A stretch of 23,144 nucleotides of DNA from Bacteroidota bacterium (GCA_049317705.1 JBMOHT010000049.1:1-23144); one strand, 5' to 3'; positions 1 through 10,100 are shown, counted from the first letter of the stretch. A program made the numbers and translations. The notes: generated by a model not told the origin, from the sequence alone.

Positions 1-53
1 CTGATGACCTGCTGATTACAAATCAGCTGCTCTACCAACTGAGCTATGCCAGC
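1..53 (-). tRNA. tRNA-Thr (anticodon UGU), 5' 53 nt only; the 3' part lies beyond the window start
   Basis: Reverse complement of 1-53 reads GCTGGCA-TA-GCTC-AGTTGGTA-GAGC-A-GCTGA-TTTGTAA-TCAGC-AGGTC-ATCAG. This gives an acceptor arm, a D arm, an anticodon stem/loop with U33, TGT and A37, a variable loop and the start of the T arm. Confidence 0.85.
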
Positions 54-132
54 ATTTATTCAAAGAATCAATGCTCTTTTGAGAAACACCGGAATCCCGA
101 TGTTTCTCGAAAAGGCATTGTGACGGAGTTAA

Positions 133-162
133 CAAATATATACTTTTTTACAAGAAAGTCAA
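133..162 (-). promoter_or_regulatory. Candidate promoter for tRNA-Thr (TTGACT-N16-TATATT; also fits TTG-N19-TAnnTTTG)
   Basis: The minus strand reads cttgTTGACTttcttgtaaaaaagtaTATATTTGtt. The -35-like TTGACT is at 157-162. The -10/-7 element TATATTTG is at 133-140, about 75 nt upstream of the mature tRNA 5' end. Confidence 0.4.
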
Positions 163-194
163 CAAGATATGCGTTAAAAAATACTAACCTAGGA

Positions 195-1976
195 CTAGTA
201 TTTTATGGGGATTTCTGAGGCTTTTTTGAGGTAAAACTGAGCAGGGATGCTCTTTCCGTGAACTTCTTCATACTGCGCTCTCAATAAAAGGGCATTTCTT
301 GTCAGCATCGTGATCTGGCGGGAATAGGAATCCGTCCCGCTAAAATTACGGAATTGAATTTCGGGATCTGATATCGGATGATACAGAGTGTCCGTGGAAA
401 GCCGAAGTACGAGTCCTTCAGGAATACGGATAAATCCTGCGGTGTATTGTGTCTCGATTTCGGGAGTGATGAATATGGTGCGGTCCGGATTTTTCTGAAT
501 GAAGCTGTTCAACAGCTGCGTATAACGGCTTTCAATAACTGTAAAATCGTATGGAAGATCATGCTCGAATTTGTATAGTTCTACCAAGAATAGTTGTATC
601 TCCTTCTGTGACCTACGGGACAAATCAGGATGCATCTTTTCCAACTGAGCGAAATACCATGAACGGCGGAGCAGTTCCTTATCGATCACTGTCACATCCG
701 GACGAAGTCCGTTCACATACTGATAATAGTAGGAAGCCGCGACAAAGTAATCCCACTGGTAGGAAATAACGATCGCATCGGGGGGAAGGTTCAGGAGGAT
801 GTTCTTAGTATAATCCTCTACGAGGTAGTTAGTGCTTTGATCCACTTCTCCCTTGTTAATATAGAGCTGCGCTCCGGCAATAATCAACAATACGGATGCC
901 GTAATTCCACGTGCCACTCCCCCGTCAAACCGATCAAGCAGTAGACGGATGCCAAAGGACGCAAAGAACCCAATGGAGATAAATGCGAGAAGAAAATACG
1001 AGTCGATATCATGGATATCATAATTGACAGAGTAGGCTACGCATGTTACCAGCAACAATGATATAAAAACAAATTTCCTCCGTTCGTTGAAGAGCAAAAC
1101 GACAGCACCGATGCCGGCAAGAATGAGAACGGGAAAGAAGAATTCATTCGTCAGGTTATTAAAAAAATAATTGAGCTGACGCTGTGCCGCCTCCGTTGAG
1201 GAGAACATGAAAATGCGAAATTGCTTTCCTGTGAAGTGCCACCAGAACCGTTCCGCTGTCTGTGGATTTCCCCAGTTGAGCAAGGGCTGCTGCAAAGCGC
1301 GGACCGGCAGATAGAGATACAGTGAAAGTCCTGCGATGAAAGGCGCGGCAAGTATCCCGATCTTTTTAAAGGACGCTCTATTAAAACCATGATCTGCAAA
1401 GAACCAATAAAGCATCGCCGGTGCAAGAAGGATGGTTGTGAGATGATTCGTGAATGACAGTCCGACCATGAATGCGAACAACAGCCAGTGATTATAGGAA
1501 CGGAACTTCAATGCGTTCACGAAGAGTAAGAGATCGGTCATGATCAGAAGCAGGTGCAGAGAATAGACCTCAATGGCTAGCCCCTGGAACCAAAATGTCC
1601 TAGAAAAGCCTATAAACATTGATGAAATTGAGGCGGCGGCCAAGGCACTCCACTTGTTCCCCTTCGTTCCATCATCTATTATAGAGATGACCGTGAAGAA
1701 AAAAATTACAACGGAAATGGAAGTGGCAAAAGCAGCAAAGATATTCAGGCGGACGATCATCGCCTGAGCGACGGGAAGTGAGGACCATATCTTCGTGATG
1801 AGGGTAAAGAGCGGATATCCCGTGGGATGAGCGATACCGAGTGAGACGGCAACGGTAGATAATTCTCCGCTGTCGATGAATCCTATCGTCGGCGCCATGG
1901 TGAGGCAATAGACAGAAAAAACGGCAAGCCCGATGAGTGATGCTGTTAAGTATTTTATGGTGTTATAAGAGAACAT
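195..1976 (-). CDS. Polytopic membrane protein, DUF2723 / glycosyltransferase family 117 (TMEM260-like, GT-C fold) candidate
   Basis: 593-aa ORF with an ATG start. The N-terminus is LTMAPTIGFIDSGELSTVAVSLGIAHPTGYPLF, followed by many hydrophobic helices and a soluble C-terminal about 200 aa. This matches my recollection of the DUF2723 family signature; it was not searched. Confidence 0.7.
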   Translation of the reverse strand: MFSYNTIKYLTASLIGLAVFSVYCLTMAPTIGFIDSGELSTVAVSLGIAHPTGYPLFTLITKIWSSLPVAQAMIVRLNIFAAFATSISVVIFFFTVISIIDDGTKGNKWSALAAASISSMFIGFSRTFWFQGLAIEVYSLHLLLIMTDLLLFVNALKFRSYNHWLLFAFMVGLSFTNHLTTILLAPAMLYWFFADHGFNRASFKKIGILAAPFIAGLSLYLYLPVRALQQPLLNWGNPQTAERFWWHFTGKQFRIFMFSSTEAAQRQLNYFFNNLTNEFFFPVLILAGIGAVVLLFNERRKFVFISLLLVTCVAYSVNYDIHDIDSYFLLAFISIGFFASFGIRLLLDRFDGGVARGITASVLLIIAGAQLYINKGEVDQSTNYLVEDYTKNILLNLPPDAIVISYQWDYFVAASYYYQYVNGLRPDVTVIDKELLRRSWYFAQLEKMHPDLSRRSQKEIQLFLVELYKFEHDLPYDFTVIESRYTQLLNSFIQKNPDRTIFITPEIETQYTAGFIRIPEGLVLRLSTDTLYHPISDPEIQFRNFSGTDSYSRQITMLTRNALLLRAQYEEVHGKSIPAQFYLKKASEIPIKY

Positions 1977-2033
1977 TCGATGACGAATTTATTCGAAGTC
2001 ATTTCAAAAACAGAATATATTTTTTATCCAAGT

Positions 2034-2063
2034 GTCATTCCTGAATAATTTTGGCGGGAATCC
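2034..2063. repeat. GTCAT-family short palindromic unit (GTCATTCC...GGAATCC)
   Basis: The sequence is gtcattcctgaataattttggcgggaatcc. ATTCC (2037-2041) pairs with GGAAT (2057-2061). It has the same GTCATnCyGA head as the units at 2157, 3089 and 3267. Confidence 0.5.
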
Positions 2064-2120
2064 ATACTACCGGACCCCCGGTAGGAGCATTTTCCGTCAC
2101 AAAGTGATGGCTTCGCCAAA

Positions 2121-2296
2121 GGATCGAGGCTGTGTCAAAAGCCGAATTTTTTCCAAGTCATTCTGAACGAAGTGAAGAATCTGGAACGAAGTGAAGAATC
2201 TGGAACGAAAGCAGACACTTCGCTGCCTGCCCGACTGATGTCGGTCAGGCGGGCGCTCAGTGTGGCATAATTAGAGTTTTGACACAGTCTCGATCC
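2121..2296. repeat. 176-bp MITE-like element bounded by 20-bp terminal inverted repeats (19/20 match)
   Basis: ggatcgaggctgtgtcaaaa (2121-2140) matches the reverse complement of ttttgacacagtctcgatcc (2277-2296). The interior holds a GTCATTCTGAACGAAGTGAAGAATC unit, a 19-nt tandem duplication and the hairpin ccgac-tgat-gtcgg. Confidence 0.6.
2165..2209. repeat. Tandem direct repeat, 19-nt unit gaacgaagtgaagaatctg x2 plus a partial third copy
   Basis: Units at 2165-2183 and 2184-2202 are identical. 2203-2209 repeats the first 7 nt. Confidence 0.9.
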
Positions 2297-2439
2297 CTTC
2301 GGGACGGGGTGACAACGATATTTTAAGATAGTGTTTAAAAAAATTAATGCCGCGCTTCACAAGGAAAATACGAAGATTCCGTGAATTACGGCAATAGAAT
2401 TCTTATGAAGGTCTTTCTCTGTGCGCGAAGCTCAGACCA

Positions 2440-3006
2440 TTATGAACGCACATCTGCATCGATCTGAAGATCGTTCTTCATTGTTACCAGCAGCTCTTTC
2501 AGATCGGAGAGCATTAGCGCTGTCTTCTTTTCCGTTGAAACTGACGATGGTAAATGACTGCACAGAGTGTCGAACTTTCTGACCGCTTCCAACATTTTTG
2601 TTTTATCAAGGACAATCTGTTTGCCGGATCTGCAGCTTCGGATACCATTATAGATCCTGGCAAACAGCTCATCCGAAGAGAACGGCTTGATCACATAATC
2701 ATTCGCACCGGCATTGAAGGCTTCGACGATATTTTCCGTCATGATCCTGCCGGAAAGCATAATAACATAGAGGTTGATATCCATTTTCTTCTTGCGGATT
2801 GTCGCGAGAACCTCTATCCCGGAAATATTCGGCAGTTCCCAATCCAACAGCATGATATCCGGATGGAACGAACCGAGCAATGCCAATCCCTGCTCGGCAT
2901 TGGCTGCAGCTTTTACATCAAAACCATTTTCCGTCAATATCATCTTTATCTGTTCGAGATAGAACTGGTCGTCATCAATTACTAAAATTCGATTTTTTAT
3001 ATCCAT
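2440..3006 (-). CDS. Response regulator: receiver domain with about 65-aa helical C-terminal extension, no recognisable output domain
   Basis: 188 aa with receiver motifs RILVIDDD, IMLLDWELPNISG, VIMLSG and YVIKPF. Confidence 0.85.
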   Translation of the reverse strand: MDIKNRILVIDDDQFYLEQIKMILTENGFDVKAAANAEQGLALLGSFHPDIMLLDWELPNISGIEVLATIRKKKMDINLYVIMLSGRIMTENIVEAFNAGANDYVIKPFSSDELFARIYNGIRSCRSGKQIVLDKTKMLEAVRKFDTLCSHLPSSVSTEKKTALMLSDLKELLVTMKNDLQIDADVRS

Positions 3007-3059
3007 ATTATTACTTCATCCTTTCTATATCAGATATTTCCCTGCCCTGAATTATCATT

Positions 3060-3206
3060 AGAGCGCATCTCAAAAATGGTTATACATTGTCATGCCGAGC
3101 GCCCGCCTGACCGCATGGCGGGCAGGTAGTCGAGGCATGATTCACGTGAATTGTCACACTTCGACTCCGCTCAGTGTGACAATATTTCGTTTTTGAGATG
3201 CGCTCT
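3060..3206. repeat. 147-bp nested palindromic element with perfect 17-bp terminal inverted repeats
   Basis: agagcgcatctcaaaaa (3060-3076) pairs with tttttgagatgcgctct (3190-3206). Inner palindromes are tcatgcc (3090-3096)/ggcatga (3134-3140), cccgcc/ggcggg, and attgtcacact (3150-3160)/agtgtgacaat (3173-3183). A 17-nt core gagcgcccgcctgaccg is shared, in inverted orientation, with 2241-2270. Confidence 0.7.
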
Positions 3207-3267
3207 AGTGCTGTTTCTCAAAAGTAATATTGTATTTGATCATCCTTCGGCGCGCGCCGCACCATGG

Positions 3268-3343
3268 TCATCCTGAGCAAGGCTCGAATTTCTTGATGGC
3301 CGCGTCGAAGGACCTCAAAATGTGCGGCGCTTGCTCAGGATGA
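3268..3343. repeat. 76-bp palindromic unit (GTCATCCTGAGCAAG ... CTTGCTCAGGATGA), perfect 14-bp arms
   Basis: tcatcctgagcaag (3268-3281) pairs with cttgctcaggatga (3330-3343). It is interleaved with further arms tccttcg (3243-3249)/cgaagga (3305-3311) and gcgccgc (3254-3260)/gcggcgc (3324-3330). Confidence 0.7.
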
Positions 3344-3390
3344 ACAATATTTTTACAAGATAATTTATGAGAAGTGGCACTAGTAATATT

Positions 3391-4770
3391 TCAGGATCCT
3401 TCTTTCATTCCATTCAATATCTTGTGAAGCCCCTGTCTTGTGATACCGGCCTTCTCCGCGGCTTTCGATATATTTCCGTTCGTTGATTTCAACAGAGTGC
3501 CGAAATACCGTTTCTTGAATTTCATATCCGCCTGCTTGTATGTGAGGACACCGTTGTTTCCGTTCTCATCTTCGGCCGCTTCGTGCACGCGGTCGAAGAA
3601 CGAACTGTTGCGGAGCGGGAACAGATCTTTCGTCAGTGTATTGTCGCGGGTATACGCCATAGCATTCTTCACGGCATTCTCCAGTTCACGGACATTCCCG
3701 GGCCAGGAATATTCTTCGAGATATTCCTGCACATCCTTCGGGATGACCATCTCGGCGTTGATCGGTGAACCGTACAGTTTCAGAAAATACTTCACGAGCG
3801 GAATAATGTCATTCTTCCTGGTACGCAGCGGAGGGACATTGAGCATGACACCGGAGATGCGGTAATAGAAATCCTCGCGCATTCTCCCCTTCACCACGAC
3901 ATCCTTCAAATCCTCGTTGGTCGCCATGATTATTCGAAGATCCACTTTGATCTCGGGCTTGCGGGGATCGTAACCGACACGGGAGAAACTTTTATACTGC
4001 ATAAAATGAAGCAGTTTCAGTTGAACTGATTCGGTGAGCGAGGATACCTCGGGGATATATATGGTCCCCCCATTCGCCGCTTCGAATTTACCTATTTTCA
4101 TCGTTTCCGCACCGGAATATGCCCCTTTTTCATGACCGAACAATTCTGATTCGATCAATTGTTCATTGAGACTTCGCAGGGAAATGGGAATGAACGGTTT
4201 GTCGGGATTCTGACTGCGACGGTGGATCTCGAACGCAATCCTATCCTTACCGACACCGGTCTCACCATTGATGAGCACATCGAACGGAACCCCGGCGAGG
4301 CGGTCGATCTCCTGTTGAATGGACTGCATCTTTTCGGAAACAACGATGAAGGTGTTCTGTTTGTCGTTGAATGTATCCTGCAGGAGATTCACATGCAGTT
4401 CAAGATCGCGGTGTTCCAGCGCTTTGTTGATCTTTGTGGCAAGATATTCCACGGTGAAATCTTTCTGGACAAAATCGTATGCGCCGTATTTGATGGTCTC
4501 TACGACATTGTTCAGATCGCCGTAATCCGTAACGATGATGACCGGCACATATTTATCGATCTCTTTCTTGATCACTTTCAGCACTTCCAATCCGTTGATA
4601 TCAGGAAGATCCAGGTCGAGAAGAATGACATCGACATGATCGGTCCTGAGCACTTCCAGAGCGCGCTTTCCGTTGTGAGCTTTAACGATAGTGTATCGTC
4701 CTTCCAGGAGCGATTCGACATCGTTCGTAAATGAGATATTGTCGTCGACGAGCAGAAGTTTTTTCTTCAT
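3391..4770 (-). CDS. Sigma54-dependent transcriptional activator, NtrC family (receiver + AAA+ sigma54-interaction domain + Fis-type HTH)
   Basis: 459 aa. Receiver motifs are KLLLVDD and VILLDLDLPDING. Walker A is GETGVGKD. The sigma54-contact loop is ELFGHEKGAYSGA, a GAFTGA variant. Also present are RLNV and WPGNVRELEN, and a C-terminal HTH NISKAAEKAGITRQGLHKIL. The start overlaps the upstream stop (ATGA at 4767-4770). Confidence 0.92.
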   Translation of the reverse strand: MKKKLLLVDDNISFTNDVESLLEGRYTIVKAHNGKRALEVLRTDHVDVILLDLDLPDINGLEVLKVIKKEIDKYVPVIIVTDYGDLNNVVETIKYGAYDFVQKDFTVEYLATKINKALEHRDLELHVNLLQDTFNDKQNTFIVVSEKMQSIQQEIDRLAGVPFDVLINGETGVGKDRIAFEIHRRSQNPDKPFIPISLRSLNEQLIESELFGHEKGAYSGAETMKIGKFEAANGGTIYIPEVSSLTESVQLKLLHFMQYKSFSRVGYDPRKPEIKVDLRIIMATNEDLKDVVVKGRMREDFYYRISGVMLNVPPLRTRKNDIIPLVKYFLKLYGSPINAEMVIPKDVQEYLEEYSWPGNVRELENAVKNAMAYTRDNTLTKDLFPLRNSSFFDRVHEAAEDENGNNGVLTYKQADMKFKKRYFGTLLKSTNGNISKAAEKAGITRQGLHKILNGMKEGS

Positions 4771-7187
4771 GGCATGAGAAGGTTAATGGTAAAAATTGTG
4801 CCGGTCGGTTCGTTTTCCGTAAAGGAGATACGGCCGCCGTACTCTTTGATAATATTCTGTGTATAGTACAACCCGAATCCGTGTCCTGTATTCTTTGATG
4901 ACGTACCGAACGAAAAGATCTCGTTCTTCACGTGGTGGGCGATGCCGGGACCGTTGTCCAGGATCTTGATGTATGCATATTCACCCTGCACGGAGATGAT
5001 GATATCGATGGATGGACCCTCCTGACGATCGGAACTCAGCGAGAAGGCCTCGATGGCATTCTTCAGAATGATCATCATAACTTCGGACAATTCGGACCGG
5101 CGAATGATGCCGAGGATCTGCATTTCGGTCGGATGGACCGTGATCCTGTATTCACCGGAATCGGAACGGATGGAATGGACAACATCCAGGACCGTCTGGT
5201 TCACATCGCATGTATAGTTCTGTTTGATGCTCTTGTTGAGCTTGACGATGGAGGATTTCAGTTCTTTGAGATTATGATAGAATAATTCGATCGATTCACG
5301 CTGGAACGGTCCGGACGACCTCTTCTTCCCTCCCGTTCGGGAAAGGATCATCTTCAGATAGTCATAATTGAATTTATTCAATTTGAGAATGTTCTCCGTA
5401 GTCTTTTGGAACGAATTATCCTTGAACTCACGAAGCGACAATTCCGACAGGAGCTGGGAGTACATCACCAGAGTATTCAGTTCCGGATAGACCCTGGTGA
5501 GGTATTCATTGATGACGATGGTGATCCTACGGACTATATTATTCTCGCCCGCATCACCATTCTCCAAAGATGAAAGCATGGAGAACTGTTCCGCATTTCG
5601 GGAGAATAGGAGCAGCCTATTGATGATCATCAGCAGACTTTCGCCATGACGGTACATTCGGAGTTTCATGAAGATCTTTTGGAACAGTTCGTTCTGTTTG
5701 ACGGTCTCGGGTTGGTGTCCTTCCTTCTGCGATGTGACTTTTGCAATAACGGAGACGGCGATAACCTTATTCGATTCGTTACAGATGGGGGTCCACTGCA
5801 TTGCGAACAGAACATCATCGCCATGAATGGAGAATGATTCGGCCGACATGACGGTCTGATTCGATTCGATGACATTCCGGATGTTCGATGAGAAGATATC
5901 TTTCAGGCCGTCGTCGGACGGTTTCTTTCCGATGACCGATAACGGGAACGGAGCATATTTTGTCGAGGGCTTATAATAGACAATCCGTCCGTCGGTATCG
6001 TGGATCCACAGTACATCATCGATCGCATCGGTGAGCTGTTTAAAGATATCATACCGCTCCATCAGCGCTTTCTCATGCTCCTTTTCCGTAGTGACATCCA
6101 TAATAAAGAAGAGGATGCAGGGCATTTCATGCACTTCGATCGTTTCATACTGCAGCATACCAAAGCGTACCTCACCATTCTTGGTGACATATTCGATCTC
6201 AACAGAACCCATAAACTGCTTCAGCGTCAGCCGACTGGTCTGGATCCCTTCGAGCAGCTGCCAGTTGAATATCCTGGAGTGAGAGATCGGCGAACCCAAC
6301 AGTTCGTCGGGTGAATACCGAGTATTCTCGCAGAAGGCCTCATTCACATCGATGAAGCAGCCTGAATCACGGCCATAGATGCACATCATAGAAGGACTGG
6401 AGAAGAAGACCGTGGAGAATTTATTTTCGGAGAGCTTGAGTGCTTCTTCGTTCAGTTTCTTTTCGGTGATATCCCGAATGACGCAGAGCAGTTCCTCTTT
6501 GATCCGGAACGGCATGACGCGGACCTCAAAGTAGCGGGGACCGTTATCATCCGAGATACCGAACTCAAGGTATTCGATGGTCTGGTTCTGCAGCACGGAT
6601 TCCATCCGCCGGTTCATTTCATCGCGGCTCGTTTCCGGAAACATGGTCAGGATATTCCGGTGAGCAGTTTGTAACGAAGAGAACATGAGCAGAGTCCGGT
6701 TATTCCCGTACTGTTCCACAATATCGCCAAGCTTAGTGATACGAAAGAACATATCCGGAAGTGTTTCGAACAGTGAATTCAGTTCTCCTACGGTATTATG
6801 CAGCTGCTGTTCAAGTTCGTATCGCCTTAAACGTGCATTCAGCGACAGCATCAGTTCCTGTTCGGTAAACGGTTTTTGGATGATATCATCCGCGCCAAGA
6901 TGCATCCCTTTGCGCTGAAGGTCCCGGTCCGTCAGACTGGTCATCATCACGATGGGGATCTCGTTGAACTCTTCCCGTGAACGGAGGAACTCGATGACAC
7001 TGTACCCGTCGCCGCGGTCCATCACGATGTCGCACAGGATAATGGCGGGAGGCTGCTGTTGGATCATCTGCACAGCAGTGTAACCGTCATGCGCCGTGCG
7101 GATATCAAACGTATCCTCCAGAACCGCAGATACAATACTGCAGATGGTCTCATCATCATCGACAAGAAGGAGGTCCTTCATTTTCAT
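4767..7187 (-). CDS. Soluble hybrid sensor: N-terminal receiver + about 3 PAS domains + divergent DHp region + HATPase_c
   Basis: 806 aa. Receiver motifs are LLLVDDDE, IILCDIVMDRGDG and IIQKPF (about nt 6828-7187). PAS ends are IRDITEKKL and IMDVTTEKE. ATP-binding boxes are LKNAIEA, DNGPGI and GHGFGL. The best H-box candidate is FYHNLKELKSSI. No TM segments. Confidence 0.8.
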   Translation of the reverse strand: MKMKDLLLVDDDETICSIVSAVLEDTFDIRTAHDGYTAVQMIQQQPPAIILCDIVMDRGDGYSVIEFLRSREEFNEIPIVMMTSLTDRDLQRKGMHLGADDIIQKPFTEQELMLSLNARLRRYELEQQLHNTVGELNSLFETLPDMFFRITKLGDIVEQYGNNRTLLMFSSLQTAHRNILTMFPETSRDEMNRRMESVLQNQTIEYLEFGISDDNGPRYFEVRVMPFRIKEELLCVIRDITEKKLNEEALKLSENKFSTVFFSSPSMMCIYGRDSGCFIDVNEAFCENTRYSPDELLGSPISHSRIFNWQLLEGIQTSRLTLKQFMGSVEIEYVTKNGEVRFGMLQYETIEVHEMPCILFFIMDVTTEKEHEKALMERYDIFKQLTDAIDDVLWIHDTDGRIVYYKPSTKYAPFPLSVIGKKPSDDGLKDIFSSNIRNVIESNQTVMSAESFSIHGDDVLFAMQWTPICNESNKVIAVSVIAKVTSQKEGHQPETVKQNELFQKIFMKLRMYRHGESLLMIINRLLLFSRNAEQFSMLSSLENGDAGENNIVRRITIVINEYLTRVYPELNTLVMYSQLLSELSLREFKDNSFQKTTENILKLNKFNYDYLKMILSRTGGKKRSSGPFQRESIELFYHNLKELKSSIVKLNKSIKQNYTCDVNQTVLDVVHSIRSDSGEYRITVHPTEMQILGIIRRSELSEVMMIILKNAIEAFSLSSDRQEGPSIDIIISVQGEYAYIKILDNGPGIAHHVKNEIFSFGTSSKNTGHGFGLYYTQNIIKEYGGRISFTENEPTGTIFTINLLMP

Positions 7188-10100
7188 GGCTGTAATAGTT
7201 GGTGCATCAGTTTGAGCAATGTATCGATCATGAATGGTTTTGTGATAAAGTTCTCCCGCGGAAGACCCAACTCATCCATCACTTTCACATTGGCATGGAT
7301 ACCGCTCATCATGATGATGTGCGGATTTTCGTTCATGGTACGGATCGCACGGACGGTCGATGGACCATCCATATGCGGCATCATCACATCGAGTATAACG
7401 ACCTTTATTTCCGACTTGTTCGAGGCATAAATGCCGAGCGCTTCCGCGCCATTCGATGCGGTAATGACCTTGTAGTGATAATCCTCCAGAGTCGCTTTGG
7501 AGATATTTCTGATCACTTCTTCGTCGTCCACCAACAGGATGGTCTCACCGTTTCCGCTCGGAAAATCTCCGCTCTTTTCGATGATACTGTTGATATTCGC
7601 GGAAGTTGTCGCCGGAAGGAATATCTGGAACGTGGTCCCCATGCCCACTTCGGATTCAAGGACGATGAATCCTTTATGCGCCTTAATGATGGCTGCGACA
7701 TTGAACAATCCGAGTCCGGTCCCTTTGCCGACCTCTTTTGTCGTGAAGAATGGATCGTAGATCTTTTTGATGATAGCGGAAGGGATACCGATACCAGAAT
7801 CTGCAACGGTGATGCGGCAGTACGGTCCGACCTTTGCGTCGATGTTGATGTGTGTCGACATCTCGTCGAGAATGACATTGTCCGCACGGATCTCCAGCCG
7901 GCCGCCAGCGGGCATCGCATCGCGGGCATTGACACAGAGATTCAGGAGCACCTGATGCATCTGTGTGGGATTGGCAAGGATGGGGAACAATTCACGCGAC
8001 GGGAAGAATTCGGCCCGAATCATCTTCGGGAATGTTTCGTTGATCAAGCGTTCCAATTCACGGATGATATGCTTCATCTGAACGACCATTGTATCCTGCT
8101 GATTCACGCGGGAGAATCCGAGGATCTGTTTAATCAGGTCGGAACCGCGGAGGATATTCGACTTGAGCATCTTATTGATCTCACGGGATTTATCATCCAT
8201 CAGGACGCGGTCAAAATACGAGAGTGATATGAGGATAGGACCGAGGATATTATTCATATCATGCGCAATACCGCTGGCAAGAGTACCGATACTTTCCAAC
8301 CGCTGGCTGTGCGATGCCTGGTCCTGCATCTGACGGCTCTTGGTGATATCCGAAATGACATAGAGGACGGATCGTGTTCCGGTGGAATCATCCGTAATAA
8401 TTGTTGCGCGGATATGGACCCAGATGTTCCCTTTGGACTTGGTCTTATGTTCCTGGTCCTGTTCCCAATTCATCCCTGACTTTATCATCTCGAAAGATTC
8501 GTTCTGACCGGAAGAAACATTAAAGAAGAAACCGCTGAGTGCTTTAGAATTCAGTTCGTCCTTCGAATATCCGTACAACTGTTCGACACTGTCGTTGGTG
8601 TATACGATCGATTCGTCAAGATCCGTCACAACGATGGCGTCACTTGCCTGATCGAGATAGAAGGACATATCTTTGATGCGTCCTTCCGCAAGCGTCAGAC
8701 GCTGCGTCGTTAACTGTTCACGTTCCTTGAGCAGCTGTTCTGCTTGTTTCTGTGTTGTGATATCCTCAAAGATATAGAAGCGTCCGAAGTATTGGCCGTG
8801 CTCTCCGACGATCTGCGTGGAGAAACGACGGATGGTGCTGTTCGATTTGAACTGTATCTCATCCTCTAAGACCGCAGTATTTGAGGGATCTTGAAGAGGG
8901 ACACACGTTTCGGCGAACGCCGCCGGATCCTCAAGAATAGGTATACAATACGGGATGATGTCATTATTCTTCATCGCACCTGTCCGCATCTTCTCTTCCA
9001 GATGAGTTATTCCCCAGAGTTCACAGAACCGGCGGTTGAAATAGAGGATACGATCGTCCCGGTTGTCCACGACAAGAAATCCGAGAGGCGAAGAAGTTGC
9101 CATCATTTGCAGCAGTGATGCATTCCATTCCAGTGCCGCTTCATTCTTCCTTCGTTCCGTGATATCCTGTTTGATGGCGATAAAATTCTCGATAAAGCCC
9201 AAGGAGTTCTTGATGGGAGAGATGATATCATATTCGATATAGATCTCGCCGTTCTTCTTCCGGTTGATCACTTCGCCCTGCCATACAATCCCTTCGGTGA
9301 TGGTCTTCCACATATCACTATAGAGTTCCGGCGACGTCTGACCGGATTTCATCACGCGCATGTTCTTTCCGAGGAGTTCCCCCTGTGAATATCCTGTGAC
9401 CTCGCTGAAGTGCGGATTGACGTACTGAATGGTGCCGTGTTGGTCCGTAATGACGATCATCGCAAAACTTTGTTCAATGGCAACGGACATTTTTTTGATC
9501 TGCTGTTCCGATTCGACGCGCTGAGTGATATCGGACAGCGTTCCGATCATCCGAAGCGGCATTCCTTTCGCATTACGTTCAACGATCTTTCCTCGGTCAA
9601 GCGTCCAAATGATCGAACTATCTTTCCGGATCATCCGGTGTTCGGACGCATAGGATTCGGTCTCGCCGTTAATATGTCTTTCTACTTTCTTCAAGGTCTC
9701 ATCCACATCCAGCGGATGGACACGATCCTTCCATTCGCTGAGATTGTCGCTCACCTCATCATTCTCAATTCCAATCATCTCCTTCCATCGCTGCGACAGG
9801 AAGAGAGTGCTCTCTTCAATATTCCAGTCATACATTCCATCGTTGCTCGCCTCGAATGCAAACTTCAGCCGCTGCTCATTCTCGTGCAAAGCCAATTCGG
9901 CCCGTTTGCGGTCGGTAATATCCCTGATGATTGAGAGGGCTTCATTATTGGACAATGCGATGAGTCTGTCCTCGAAATACCGGAGGCCGTCTGCCATGGG
10001 AAGTGAATATTCGAACAGTTCCATGGATTTTGAAATGAATGAACGTTCCATGGAGGCAATGGCCTGATCTGAAATATGCGGCGGAAGGATGTCCTTGATA

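Noticed and set aside
76-114. Hairpin cttttgagaaaca...tgtttctcgaaaag between the GT117-like gene and the tRNA, as a terminator
   Set aside because: No T-tract follows it on the minus strand. It lies downstream of the candidate tRNA promoter, so it is more likely a leader structure or another small palindromic repeat.
2157-2215. Possible CRISPR array, suggested by the repeated gaacgaagtgaagaatctg
   Set aside because: The repeats are directly adjacent with no spacers. There are only about 2.4 copies of a 19-nt unit, and no cas genes are present. This is a simple tandem duplication.
1-2439. tRNA-adjacent genomic island or mobile element
   Set aside because: No integrase, transposase or recombinase ORF is present, and no direct repeat of the tRNA 3' end is visible. 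The tRNA 3' end is outside the window. Only MITE-like non-autonomous repeats are seen.
3374-3390. TGGCAC hexamer (aagTGGCACtagtaat) near the NtrC-type gene stop
   Set aside because: It is on the plus strand, where no genes are supported, and it is not followed by TTGC at the correct spacing.
7199-8227. Long plus-strand ORFs (7199-8227, 342 aa; also 10421-11260, 4159-4734, 9410-9934, 15498-15989, 19611-20129, 21760-22194 and others)
   Set aside because: All lie antisense to minus-strand CDSs that carry unambiguous domain motifs. Their translations are compositionally odd (rich in His, Asp, Arg, Phe and Ile) with no recognisable motifs. They are typical shadow ORFs.
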